Shown: positions 17,233 through 27,067, counted from the stretch's first letter. The stretch: 64,000 bases of DNA from an uncultured Chloroflexia bacterium (GCA_963744095.1 CAVUSH010000006.1:389670-453669), one strand, 5' to 3'. Notes: generated from the letters alone by a model not told the origin. Numbers and translations are program-made.

Positions 17233-18444
17233 TTGCCCGTCGTCGAGGAGGCGCTGGTCGGCCGGATCTTCCGCGAGGAGTCCGGTCGGTCGGTGGCCAC
17301 CCTGATCCGCATCTTCGGCGACATCGACCTTGCCGAGGACGCGGTCCAGGACGCCTTCGCCCTGGCCCTTCGGAAATGGCCCATCGCCGGCCTGCCGCCG
17401 AACCCGGGTGGCTGGATCACGACGACCGCGCGGAATCGAGCCATCGACCACCTGCGCCGCGAGGCGCGCGGGCGTGAGCTCCTTTCGGAGGTCAGCGAGG
17501 GCACCGACGAGCCGCCTGGAGAGGAGACCGGGCCCGTGCAGGATGACCGGCTCCGCCTCATCTTCACCTGCTGCCACCCCGCCCTTTCGCCCGAGGCGCA
17601 GGTCGCCTTGACGTTGCGCCTGCTCGGTGGCCTCACGACCGACGAGGTGGCTCGTGCCTTCCTGGTCGCCGAACCGGCGATGGCCAAGCGGATCGTTCGG
17701 GCCAAGCACAAGATCAAGGCCGCGCACATCCCGTATCGGGTCCCGTCCGAGGCTGAGCTGCCGGAGCGACTTCGTCCGGTCCTGGCCGTCCTCTACCTGA
17801 CCTACAACGCGGGCACGGGCGGACCCTCCGGCGACGACCTCCGCCAGGAGGCGATTCGACTCGCCCGTGCGATCGCCGGCCTGATGCCCGATGAGGCCGA
17901 GGTCGCAGGGCTGCTCGCGCTTCTCCTGTTGACCGAGTCGCGGTGGCAGGCCCGCTTCGCCGGCGACGGTTCGCTCGTCCTGCTTCGTGACCAGGATCGC
18001 CGTCTATGGGACCCGGCGATGATCGACGAAGGTCAGGCGATCGTCCGCGCCTGCCTTCGCCGCAACCACCCGGGCCCCTATCAGATCCAGGCTGCGATCA
18101 ACGCCGTGCACGCCGACGCCCGCTCGATCGAGGAGACGGATTGGAGCCAGATCCTCGCCTTGTACGACCAGCTGCTGGCAGTAGCGCCGACGCCCGTCGT
18201 TGCCATGAACCGCGCCATCGCCCTGGCCGAAGTCCGGGGTCCGGAGGCGGCGTTGACGATCCTCGACGACCTTGACCTCGACGACTACCACCTGTTTCAC
18301 GCCGCCCGGGCAGACCTCTTGCGACGGCTGGGGCGTCCCGATGACGCAGCCCGCGCCTACACCCGTGCGGCCGCCCTGGCGGCGACCGACGCCGAGCGCT
18401 CGTTCCTTCTTGGCCGCGTGGCAACGGCGCGATCAGGCAGCTGA
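17233..18444 (+). CDS. ECF-type sigma-70 family RNA polymerase sigma factor with long C-terminal extension
   Basis: The sigma region 2 is IFGDIDLAEDAVQDAFALALRKWP...NPGGWITTTARNRAIDHLRR. A region-4 HTH and a ~230-aa helical tail follow. It sits in the typical pairing with an upstream YciI gene. Confidence 0.85.
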   Translation: MPVVEEALVGRIFREESGRSVATLIRIFGDIDLAEDAVQDAFALALRKWPIAGLPPNPGGWITTTARNRAIDHLRREARGRELLSEVSEGTDEPPGEETGPVQDDRLRLIFTCCHPALSPEAQVALTLRLLGGLTTDEVARAFLVAEPAMAKRIVRAKHKIKAAHIPYRVPSEAELPERLRPVLAVLYLTYNAGTGGPSGDDLRQEAIRLARAIAGLMPDEAEVAGLLALLLLTESRWQARFAGDGSLVLLRDQDRRLWDPAMIDEGQAIVRACLRRNHPGPYQIQAAINAVHADARSIEETDWSQILALYDQLLAVAPTPVVAMNRAIALAEVRGPEAALTILDDLDLDDYHLFHAARADLLRRLGRPDDAARAYTRAAALAATDAERSFLLGRVATARSGS

Positions 18445-18475
18445 CACGAGCGGGCACGCGAGGATCGGTCAGCCC

Positions 18476-19171
18476 TCACGCCGGAAGCGCCATCCCTTCG
18501 CCCAGCGTCGGTGAGGCATGTCTTGCGAAGCGGCTCGGCCCGAGCCAGCGCGGGAAGCCGCGCACGAGATCGGCCGAGCCGTCGAGGTGGATGTCGCCCC
18601 TCGCGACGGCATCGGCGAACCGCGCGCGACCGAGCAGCACTTGCCCGAACGCCTTCTCGTCAACGGAGACGACGAGGTCGACCTCGCGCCCGGGGTCGTT
18701 GTAGCAGAGCTCCGGGTCCCCGCCGTCGAGGACGAGCCAGTAGATCTTCGGGTGGCCGGTGAACTCGAAGCGCACCGTGACCCGCCGCCCGGGAAGGCGC
18801 GCCGGATCGAGGAGCGATTGGACCGTCAGCATCAGGTAGGCGGGATCGCAGTCCTCCCGGCGCAGCTCGATCCAGTGCTGGGCCCAGATGCCGAGCTCGT
18901 TGAGGACGGTCTCGAGCTCGCGCCCGGCTGGCGTCGGGTGGTATTCCGAACCGCGTCCGGTCCGATTCGGCCGGCGCTCGATCACCCCGGCCTCCTCGAG
19001 CGTCCGCAGGCGCTGTGAGAGGAGGCTCTGCGAGATCCGCCCGACGTTCCGCTGGATCTCGCTGAAGTGGTGGTTCCCGAAGAGGACGATCTCGCGCAGG
19101 ATCAGCGGCGTCCACCGCTCCGCGATGACTTCGCTGGCGAGGGAGACCGGGCAGATCTGCTGGTAGCGCAC
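18476..19171 (-). CDS. HxlR-family winged-helix transcriptional regulator with extra C-terminal domain
   Basis: Starts at GTG 19171. ICPVSLASEVIAERWTPLILREIVLFGNHHFSEIQRNVGRISQSLLSQRLRTLEEAGVIER. Confidence 0.8.
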   Translation of the reverse strand: MRYQQICPVSLASEVIAERWTPLILREIVLFGNHHFSEIQRNVGRISQSLLSQRLRTLEEAGVIERRPNRTGRGSEYHPTPAGRELETVLNELGIWAQHWIELRREDCDPAYLMLTVQSLLDPARLPGRRVTVRFEFTGHPKIYWLVLDGGDPELCYNDPGREVDLVVSVDEKAFGQVLLGRARFADAVARGDIHLDGSADLVRGFPRWLGPSRFARHASPTLGEGMALPA

Positions 19172-19322
19172 GGCGCCAGTCTCTGCCCGACCCCGGGCGA
19201 CCGCAAGTGCAGAAATTGCACGAGCAACTCCAGTTGCTGCACTTGCCGCTGATGTCGAGGGCAGCCGAGGCTCCGTGTTGATCGTCGTCGTCGACGGCGA
19301 GGCACGGAGAGGAAGCTCGGAC

Positions 19323-19709
19323 ATGCAGCTCATCGTCGGGGTCCTGATGTGGCCGGTCATCAGCCTGCTCATCACCGGCGGACTCCACTTCACCGCCGAG
19401 GCCGTCTGGCCGGACCTGCGGAACACCTTCATCCCGCCCACCCTCGCCCCGCTGCTCCTGGCCTACGGGCTGTGGGTCGGCTATCGCACCGTCGATCGGG
19501 GCGGCACATACCTGCACGCCATCGTGTTCGCGGCGATCCTCGGCATCCTGCCGATCGTCCTCGACGTCGTCGGATTCGGCGTCATCCTCGGGCGCGGGAC
19601 ACAGGCCGGCACGCTCGCCGGCGTCTTCGGCTTCGGGATGATCCTCTTCGGCTCGCTGATCGGCAGCGGCTTCGCGCTCAGCCGCGAGTCGGGATCACCG
19701 TCGCGCTGA
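19323..19709 (+). CDS. hypothetical membrane protein (divergent from hxlR-like gene)
   Basis: MQLIVGVLMWPVISLLITGGL... There are four hydrophobic segments. Confidence 0.6.
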   Translation: MQLIVGVLMWPVISLLITGGLHFTAEAVWPDLRNTFIPPTLAPLLLAYGLWVGYRTVDRGGTYLHAIVFAAILGILPIVLDVVGFGVILGRGTQAGTLAGVFGFGMILFGSLIGSGFALSRESGSPSR

Positions 19710-19810
19710 GCCGACAGAAGGGCCGCCGGCCGGCGGCCGGGGGCCCCGATGCCCGGCGCCCGTGGTCCCGTTCGACAGGGCGCCGTCTGCGCAATCGCGA
19801 CGACGGGGGG

Positions 19811-20104
19811 ATGATGCGCGGGTCGCCTCCGGCGGCGTCTCGAACTGTGCGAGCGGAGCGTCTCGTGGCCTGCGTCCATCTCCCCGACTCGCTGCCGGTC
19901 CCCACGGGGAGCCGATGCGAGGAATGCGGCAGCACCATCAACCTGCGGATGTGCGGCACCTGCGGCCATGTCGGCTGCTGTGAATCACAGGCCGGCGACG
20001 CCCGCCGCCACGCCCTCTCCGAGGATCACCCGATCATCGTGTCGATGCCCGTCGGCTCGGGCTTCACGTGGTGCTACGCGGATAACGCGTACGTCCGCCG
20101 TTGA
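19811..20104 (+). CDS. UBP-type zinc-finger domain-containing protein
   Basis: CVHL...CEECGSTINLRMCGTCGHVGCCESQAGDARRHALSEDHPII. Confidence 0.75.
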   Translation: MMRGSPPAASRTVRAERLVACVHLPDSLPVPTGSRCEECGSTINLRMCGTCGHVGCCESQAGDARRHALSEDHPIIVSMPVGSGFTWCYADNAYVRR

Positions 20105-20171
20105 CGGGCACGTACCATGGCGCGCCGGCAATCTCTCGACGCAGCCGGAGGTCGAAAGGGGGGTGGGGGTC

Positions 20172-21158
20172 ATGGCTCAGGCGCCAGCGGCCGATCGGGT
20201 TCGCCCGGACCGCGCCACGCTCGCGGCCTTTGCGGGGGTCGTGCTGTTCGGCGGCGTCAACGCCATCGCGGTGAAGAAGAGCGTGGCGGAGCTCGCCCCC
20301 TTCTGGAGCGCCGGCCTCCGCTTCGTCGTCGCCGGCCTGCTGCTCGTGGCGATCGTCGTGGTGACGCGGAGATCGTTCCCGCGCGGCCGAAGCCTGGCGG
20401 GCGCGGCCCTGTACGGCGCCCTGGCCTTCTCGGCGAGCTTCGCGTTCATCTACCCGGCCCTTCGCGAGGTGCCGGCCGCCACGGGTTCGGTCCTGCTCGC
20501 GCTGGTGCCCCTCCTGACGTTCGGCCTCGCGATCCTGCACGGGCAGGAGCGCTTCCGCGCCCAGGGGCTCCTCGGCGCCCTCATCGCGGTCGCCGGCGTG
20601 GCCGTCGTCGTGGTCGACCAGCTGAGCGCCGCCGTCCCCCTGGGCCTGCTGCTCTCGTTCGTGGCCGGCGTCGCCTTCATCGCGGAGAGCGGCGTGATCC
20701 TGAAATGGGTCCCCCGCAGCGATCCCTTCGCCACCAACGCCGTGGCCATGCTGACCGGCAGCGCCTTCCTCCTGGCCATCTCGATCATCGCCGGAGAGAC
20801 GTGGGCGGTCCCCGCCGAGCCCGCGACGTGGGCGGCCATGGCCTACCTCGTGGTGTTCGGCTCGATCGTGATGTTCGGGCTCTACCTCTTCGCGCTCCGC
20901 CGCTGGACGGCGTCCGCCGTCTCGTACGTCACGCTCCTGATGCCGCTCGTCACGGTGCCGCTCGCGGCGCTGCTCACCTCGGAGTCGATCTCCCCATCGT
21001 TCCTGCTGGGCGGCGCCATCGCGCTGGGGGGCGTCTACGTGGGCGCCTTCCTCAGGATCCGGCCGCACCGGTCGTCGGCGACGAGCCTGCCCGAGTGCCT
21101 TCCGATCGATGCCTGTGCCGAGCCGGGGCCGGCCGCCGTCGAGCCGGCAGGGGCCTGA
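20172..21158 (+). CDS. EamA-family (DMT superfamily) transporter
   Basis: About 10 TM segments arranged as two EamA repeats. The start MAQAPAADR is codon 69 of ORF 19968-21158. Confidence 0.85.
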   Translation: MAQAPAADRVRPDRATLAAFAGVVLFGGVNAIAVKKSVAELAPFWSAGLRFVVAGLLLVAIVVVTRRSFPRGRSLAGAALYGALAFSASFAFIYPALREVPAATGSVLLALVPLLTFGLAILHGQERFRAQGLLGALIAVAGVAVVVVDQLSAAVPLGLLLSFVAGVAFIAESGVILKWVPRSDPFATNAVAMLTGSAFLLAISIIAGETWAVPAEPATWAAMAYLVVFGSIVMFGLYLFALRRWTASAVSYVTLLMPLVTVPLAALLTSESISPSFLLGGAIALGGVYVGAFLRIRPHRSSATSLPECLPIDACAEPGPAAVEPAGA

Positions 21159-21228
21159 CGGCGGATGCCGCGACGGCCTGAACCTGCGCTTCCCCGCTAG
21201 GCCAGGAGACTCGGGGCCGGGGCCCGAC

Positions 21229-21630
21229 TTATCGGGCTGGGGGTTCGTCGCGGCGGACCGTGGCGACCCGATCGATGCTCCGATCGAACGACGCGATCAC
21301 ACGGATGCCGGTCCGCTCCGCGCTCGCGATCAGGTAGGCGTCGGCGAAGTCGAGATGGTGCACCTCGTAGACCTCGACCGTTCGATGGAGCAGGTCGGCG
21401 TCGAGCACCCGGATGGCGGGGAAGGCCAGCACCGCGCGGAGGGTCGTCGCCACCTGCGCCCGTGGCGCCTCGTAGAACGACTCGAGGACGTAGGCCACCT
21501 CGGCGAGGATCAGGTCCGGCAGGAGCAGCTCGTCAGCGGCCGCGAGGTAGCGCGTCGCCCGGGCAGCGAGTTCCGGCGGATCGCCCGTGAAGTGTCGGAT
21601 CAGGACGTTGGCATCGACGAATGCCGTCAC
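21229..21630 (-). CDS. vapC: type II toxin VapC (PIN domain)
   Basis: MTAFVDANVLIRHF...LLPDLILAEVAYVL...LDFADAYLIASAERTG...IASFDRS carries the PIN acidic residues. It overlaps the antitoxin stop. Confidence 0.9.
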   Translation of the reverse strand: MTAFVDANVLIRHFTGDPPELAARATRYLAAADELLLPDLILAEVAYVLESFYEAPRAQVATTLRAVLAFPAIRVLDADLLHRTVEVYEVHHLDFADAYLIASAERTGIRVIASFDRSIDRVATVRRDEPPAR

Positions 21631-21875
21631 CGGCGCTCGGCGGCTCGGGACCGCCGCGTCTGGCGCAGGACCTCCGTCCAGGGCGTGCCTCGCCTGGCCG
21701 CGGGCACGCTCACCGAGCCCGCCATGGCGAGGAGATCCGGGGTTCGCGCGAGCACGGCGTGATCGCCCTCCACCCTGAACACGAGTCGATCCCCCTCTTC
21801 CAGGGCCAGTGCCTCGCGGACTGCGCGCGGCACCGTGACCTGGCCCTTGGAGCTGAGTCTCGCCGAGACTTCCAT
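21627..21875 (-). CDS. vapB: AbrB/MazE/SpoVT-family antitoxin (VapB)
   Basis: MEVSARLSSKGQVTVPRAVREALALEEGDRLVFRVEGD... Confidence 0.85.
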   Translation of the reverse strand: MEVSARLSSKGQVTVPRAVREALALEEGDRLVFRVEGDHAVLARTPDLLAMAGSVSVPAARRGTPWTEVLRQTRRSRAAERR

Positions 21876-22054
21876 GGCCTGCTCCTTACAATCGGACCCA
21901 CGTAAGGATACCACGGCGCGCTAACGAACCCCGGTGCGCCAACCACGAGTGGCCCCCTGCCGATCGACTCAGACATCGACCAGCGCGGAAGGCCACGTGT
22001 GATCCTGATCGGCCACGAAACGCGGCCGGTCACCTATTCCACCGCCAAGAGCCC

Positions 22055-22489
22055 TCAGGCGTCTCGGGCAGAGCGACCCCGAAGGTACCCATCAGCAGTC
22101 CGCAGCCCATTGCCGAAGCCCCAATCGACCACGATGTGGCTGAGCCACGCCAGCGCGGCCACGAGCCAGAACGGCGGCAGGATGCCGGCCGCGGCCAGGC
22201 CGAGCAGGGTCAGCGGCAGGACGGGCTGATGCATGGTGTTGAAGAGCGGCACCGCGCGCAGGGCCAGCTGGCCCTGCGCATGCGGCTGACGGATCCCCAC
22301 GAGGACCGTGAGGTGGGGCACGATCCCGAACACCAGGAGCGGGACAAGCCCGACATGAAAGGTGCGAGGCCTGCGCGTTGGCGAAGAGCGCGAGGCCGAG
22401 CCCTGGAACAAGCCAGCGTGCCGGAGGCGGAGGCGGAGCCTGCGGGGCCCGTCGACGTCGAGGGATCGAGTTCGGGCGATCGTCACCAT
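22055..22489 (-). CDS. DUF4260-like membrane protein
   Basis: The C-terminal LFNTMHQPVLPLTLLGLAAAGILPPFWLVAALAWLSHIVVDWGFGNGLRTADGY resembles DUF4260. ATG 22489 overlaps the corrected stop of the upstream DDN gene. The N-terminal ~45 aa are uncertain. Confidence 0.5.
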   Translation of the reverse strand: MVTIARTRSLDVDGPRRLRLRLRHAGLFQGSASRSSPTRRPRTFHVGLVPLLVFGIVPHLTVLVGIRQPHAQGQLALRAVPLFNTMHQPVLPLTLLGLAAAGILPPFWLVAALAWLSHIVVDWGFGNGLRTADGYLRGRSARDA

Positions 22490-22984
22490 GGCTGGACCGT
22501 GACCCCTGCGGGGCAAGGCTCGAGCACGACCACCGCCCGCTCCGTCGAGCGGCTCGCGGCGAGCGCGTCGAGGTCGTCGCCCCAGCCGGGGTAGTCGCGG
22601 AACTTCGCCCACAGCCGCTCGCGCTCCGCGCCCGCCGCGGCACGGGCTCGCACGGCGCGCGATCCGCCGGGCAGGTCGACCGTCGTCTCGGGACTGCGCC
22701 TGGAGGTTCAGCCACCACGCGGGCTCGGCATCGGCCCAGCCGTTCATGGCCAGCGTGACCAGGTTCTCGCCGTCCTCGTAGTACCCGACGATGACGACCC
22801 GTGGCTGGCCCGAGCGCCGCCCGAGCGTCGTGAGGCGCATCATCCCGAACCTGCCGCCGGCCTTCGGCCGCGTGAGGCCGATCCGCCCCCCGGTGAGTCG
22901 ATAGAGCGCGCGGTGGCCCACCCAGGCGATCCGAACGAACAGCCGTGGAGAGGTGCGAGGCGCCTGCTCGCGCACGGCGGTCAT
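22483..22984 (-). CDS. deazaflavin (F420)-dependent nitroreductase-family oxidoreductase (DDN-like), frame broken by an extra T at 22693
   Basis: ...LYRLTGGRIGLTRPKAGGRFGMMRLTTLGRRSGQPRVVIVGYYEDGENLVTLAMNGWADAEPAWWLNLQAQ is followed, after a +1 shift, by PETTVDLPGGSRAVRARAAAGAERERLWAKFRDYPGWGDDLDALAASRSTERAVVVLEP... Confidence 0.8.
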
Positions 22985-23742
22985 GCTGCGCCCGCCTTCG
23001 CCACGACGGCGATTGGCGACTGGGTGGCCGTCGCCGCCTTGACCTTGTCGCTCGCGTCGGACGTAAGCGCGGCCAGGGCCGACGGCTTGAAGTCCTTGAA
23101 GAGCAGGTACAGGCCCAGGAACGCCTCCCAGATGATCTCCGGGATGGTCGCGATGCCCTGCACCGCGCCGCCCTGCGGGATGACACCCAGCAGCACCGCG
23201 ACCCCGGAGGTGGCGAGCATCGCGCCGCCCACGACGCCGACCAGCGCCATGCGTCGCCCCACAAGACCGGAGCGGAACATCAGCCAGCCCAGGATCAGCC
23301 CGGTCCCGACGCCGTCGGCGAAGCCGGGGCCGAGCAGGAACGTCCAGTTGTGCATCGCGACGAGCGACTTGCCGATCGGGACGACCGATGCTGCGTTCGC
23401 GCTGGTGGTCTCATTGGCCAGGGTCGCGACCGTCAGGAGGCTGAGGAGGCCGACGGCGATGAAGCCGCATTCGACGAGACGAGCCGTGACGTACCCGAGG
23501 GCGAGGCCCTCGTTCTGCCGCTTGAGCAGCGGGAACAGGACGACGGCGCAGCCGATGTTGGTGATGATGAGCAGCAGCTCGAGGAACGCCCCCATGAACA
23601 CGCCGGTGTCGGGGTTGGCACTGAGGATGTAGGCGGGATCGGTCAGAACAGGTCCGTAGGCGAACACTGCTGCGATCGAGGTGATGAACGTCAGGATGAA
23701 GAGCACGCCCACGGCGAGGGCGGTCTTTCGGGAAGAGGTCAT
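22981..23742 (-). CDS. DUF4386 domain-containing membrane protein
   Basis: 253-aa ORF. MTSSRKTALAVGVLFILTFITSIAAVFAYGPVLTDPAYI...GAFLELLLIITNIGCAVVLFPLLKRQNEGLALGYV. The stop overlaps the DDN start. Confidence 0.75.
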   Translation of the reverse strand: MTSSRKTALAVGVLFILTFITSIAAVFAYGPVLTDPAYILSANPDTGVFMGAFLELLLIITNIGCAVVLFPLLKRQNEGLALGYVTARLVECGFIAVGLLSLLTVATLANETTSANAASVVPIGKSLVAMHNWTFLLGPGFADGVGTGLILGWLMFRSGLVGRRMALVGVVGGAMLATSGVAVLLGVIPQGGAVQGIATIPEIIWEAFLGLYLLFKDFKPSALAALTSDASDKVKAATATQSPIAVVAKAGAA

Positions 23743-23814
23743 GCTGGAAGTCCTTTCGTTGCGGTGGGACGCTGGATGCGTGCCATGTCGGTCTCCGTTT
23801 GGTCGTTCAACGAG

Positions 23815-24090
23815 CTATCGAGGGTCTGTGGTCGACGGCCCGGGCTGGTCGATGTCGACCCGCGTGACCGAGACCAGGGGCAGGCCCAGGTCACGAACGC
23901 GCTGGAGCAGCCCGTGGAGCGCCGCCTGGTCGGCGACAGAGCCGCGAATGACCGTGGTTCCGTCGCCCTGGTGGCTGACGGCAAGTCCGTCGAACCATGC
24001 GGCCCAGTGCTCGTCGAGGTGCCCGGTGAGCCGGATCTCGTAACGTCCGGCCTCGGGGCGATCGCCCTTCAACGTGTGTCGTTCGGTCAT
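23815..24090 (-). CDS. small uncharacterised 'DQAALHG' protein, copy S1 (91 aa)
   Basis: RBS AGGAG lies 5 nt upstream of ATG 24090. ...YEIRLTGHLDEHWAAWFDGLAVSHQGDGTTVIRGSVADQAALHGLLQRVRDLGLPLVSVTRV. Paralogous to 29153-29395 and 42666-42863. Confidence 0.7.
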   Translation of the reverse strand: MTERHTLKGDRPEAGRYEIRLTGHLDEHWAAWFDGLAVSHQGDGTTVIRGSVADQAALHGLLQRVRDLGLPLVSVTRVDIDQPGPSTTDPR

Positions 24091-24293
24091 CCCGCTCCTC
24101 ATGTGTGTTGCCTTCTGGATCTCCGGCCGGCAAACACCGACCTGAGTCACTCGAGACAACGTGGAGGCGGATGTGATGAGTGCGCATCACCACACGTGAT
24201 GAGCGGGGTGACAATTCGTCACCGAGACGAGCGAGAACCCGGGGTCGTCGATCCGACGTGCGGCGGCGGCTGGGCGCAGCCGGGGGCGAGGGG

Positions 24294-27045
24294 TCAGGCG
24301 GAGGGTCGGCCGGCCCGGGTGCGCGAGAGCAGGCCGAGCTCGGCGGCACGGCGGACGGCTGCCCTCCGGCTGTTCACGCCGAGCTTCGCGTAGATGTTCC
24401 TCGTGTGCGTCCGCACGGTGCTCAAGGACACCACCAGCTCGCGCGCGATGTCCGGGCCATCGAGCTCGCTGCCCAGGAGGCGCAGGACCTCGAGCTCCCG
24501 CTCGCTGAGCGGTTCGATCAGCGGCTGTTCGACAAGCGTTCGTCCCTCGGCGGGCGCGACAGCGGCAAGGAGTCGGCGCACATAGCGCGAGGCGTTCCGC
24601 TGCTTCGCCGCCAGCTTCAGCAGCGCCGCCATGGGCGGTCCTTCGTCGACGACGACGCGGACGTAGCCCTCCGGCTCGGCCATCGCCAGCGCACGATGCA
24701 GCGACGCAAGCGCACCCGGCACATCGTCGTGGGCGCGACGGGCGAGCGTCAGCAGGACCAGGATCTCGATGACGCTCCCGTTTCGACCACCTTCCTCCGC
24801 AGCTGCCAGCAGGCGCTCCAGGAGCTCCGTTGCCTCTCTGGTGGCGCGTGCGGAACGGTCGTGCGCTCCCTCGGCCAGAAGCAACCTGGCCAGCGTGGCG
24901 TGCTCGAGCTCGTGGACGTAGCTGAGCTCGTCGGCAGCGGAGAGACCGCGCTCGCGCGCCCACTCGGAAGCCTCCGCCAGCCTCCCCTGGGCGATCCACA
25001 CGCGTGCCTTCAGGGCAGCGACGGGGCGCACGTCCGGGGAGAAGTCGCCGACGTAGAGACGCTCGGCCTCGGTGAGCAGCTCGAGCGCCCCGTCCAGGTC
25101 GCCCTGTGCCTGCCGGATCGCGGCCAGGGCGACGCGCGACCGATAGCGGTTCTGGGGCAGGCCGTTCTCCTCGCCCAGCGCCCCGGCCTCCGACAGGTGG
25201 CGCCTGGCGCCCTCGAGGTCGTCCCGCTCGCGGAGGATGGTGCTGATCCCGACGTGCATGTCCGCCGCGCCCCGCAGCACATGGCCACCCTGCCCGGTGG
25301 CGAGCGCCAATCCCCGCTCGAAGACGCGCAGCGCCTCGCCCAGGCGACCCTGGGCGAGCCGGATGTCGGCCAGGGCGAGCGCGCAGCCGATGACGTCCGA
25401 GAGGTGACCGGCCTTCTCCAGGCTCGCCATCGCAGCCGCGTACCAACGGGACGCTTCCTCGAGATCCCCGCTCGTCCAGGAGGCGAGCGCCAGGAGCCCG
25501 GCTGCGCCTCCACGGGCAAGGTGCTCGTCCTCGCCGACGAGGTCGAGCGCCCGCCTGGCATGGGCCACGGTGCCGGCCGCATCGCCGAGGATGAGGGCCT
25601 GGCCGGCGCGGTGCACGGCGACCGAGCCCGGCAATCGGCGGAACGCCGCCTCGTCGACGACGACCATGGAGCCCGCACCTTCGCCCGGGCCAACCACGGT
25701 CCCGTCCATCGCGCCGAGCCACCGCTCGGCGTCCCGCAGCCGCTCCTCGACCCCCTCGACCTCGCCCCTGACGAGGAGCGACCCGGCGTACGCGTTGCTC
25801 AGCACGGGCCGGACCCGGAGCAGCTCGTCGGGGAGCGCCTCGAGCCACCGGCGCAGCGTGGCCTCCCGTCGATGCTGGGTCGTCGCCGGGATCGCCAGCT
25901 CCACGAGGTCCGCCGCCCGCTCGAAGTCCTCGGCGGCGATCGCATGGTCGATGGCCTCCGACCGTTCGCCGTTCTCCTCGTACCAGTCGCTCGCCCGCCC
26001 GTGAAGCACCTGGGCGCGGCCGGGCTGCTCGTCCAGGAGGCGCGCTCGCAGCACGTCGGCAAAGAGCTGGTGGTAGCGATACCACCGGCGGCGGTCGTCG
26101 AGCGGGACCAGGAACAGGTTTCCCCGATCGAGCGCCTCCAGCATGGCGTTGCCGCCATCCTCGCCGGTGACGGCATCGCACAGCGGGCCGCTCAGGCGGT
26201 CCAGGACGGAGGTCTGCAGCAGGAAGCTCCGGACGTGATCGGGTTGACGGTGCAGGACCTCTTCGACCAGGTAGTCGACGATGTAGCGGTCGTCCCCGGC
26301 GAAGCCGGCGATGAAGCCCGCGACGTCCTCGCGCCCCTGGATCGAGAGCGCGGCCAGCTGGAGGGCGGCGATCCAGCCCTCGGTGCGCGCCTCCAGGGCG
26401 GCGACATCGCTCGCCGTCAGGGCCAGCCCCATCGCCTCGTTGAGGTACGCGGCGGCCTCGTCCGGGGTGAAGCGCAGGTCGGCGGCGCGGATCTCGACGA
26501 GCTCGCCCCGCGCCCGCAGGCGGGCCAGCGGCAGCGCCGGATCGGCGCGGGTGGTGATCACCAGGTGCAGCCGCGGGGGGAGGTGCTCCAGCAGGAACGC
26601 CATCCCCTCGTGGATGTCGGGCACGTCGACCTCGTGGTAGTCGTCGAGCACCAGCACGACGTCCTGCGGCACCGCGCTGAGCTCGTTGAGCAGCGTCGCA
26701 AGGACCGTCTCGATCGGCGACTGGCCCGAGTCCAGGAGTGGGAGCCCACTCGCGCCGACCCCGGGTGCCACCGACTGCAGCGCGGTGATCAGGTACGTCC
26801 AGAACAACACGGCCTGGTTGTCACCGGGGTCGAGCGAAAGCCACGCCGTGGACCGTTCACCGGCCGGCGCGGCCGCCAGCCACTCGGCCAGCAGCGTCGT
26901 CTTGCCGAAGCCGGCCGGCGCGGAGATGAGCGTCAGCTTCGACTCGGCGCCGCGGTCCGAGGCGTTCGCTCAGTCTCGGACGTGCGACCAGGCCGCGTCG
27001 CAGCCTGGGGACGAAGAGCTTGGTCTCGAGCAGCGGGCTGGCCAT
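24294..27045 (-). CDS. MalT/LuxR-type STAND transcriptional regulator #1 (P-loop NTPase + helical repeats + LuxR HTH), frame broken at ~26957
   Basis: MASPLLETKLFVPRLRRGLVARPRLSERL is followed, after skipping one G, by DRGAESKLTLISAPAGFGKTTLLAEWL, which runs into the 838-aa ORF 24294-26810. The C-terminal LSERELEVLRLLGSELDGPDIARELVVSLSTVRTHTRNIYAKLGV is a LuxR/GerE HTH. Confidence 0.85.
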
Positions 27046-27067
27046 GTCCCTCATGTTCGCGCGATGC

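Noticed and set aside
22300-22489. A pair of compensating frameshifts in the N-terminus of the DUF4260-like gene. An alternative frame gives the hydrophobic RWLVPGLGLALFANAQASHL in place of the hydrophilic AGLFQGSASRSSPTRRPRT.
   Set aside because: GC3 bias is equal in both frames, and I cannot align to the family without a search. This is too speculative to call.
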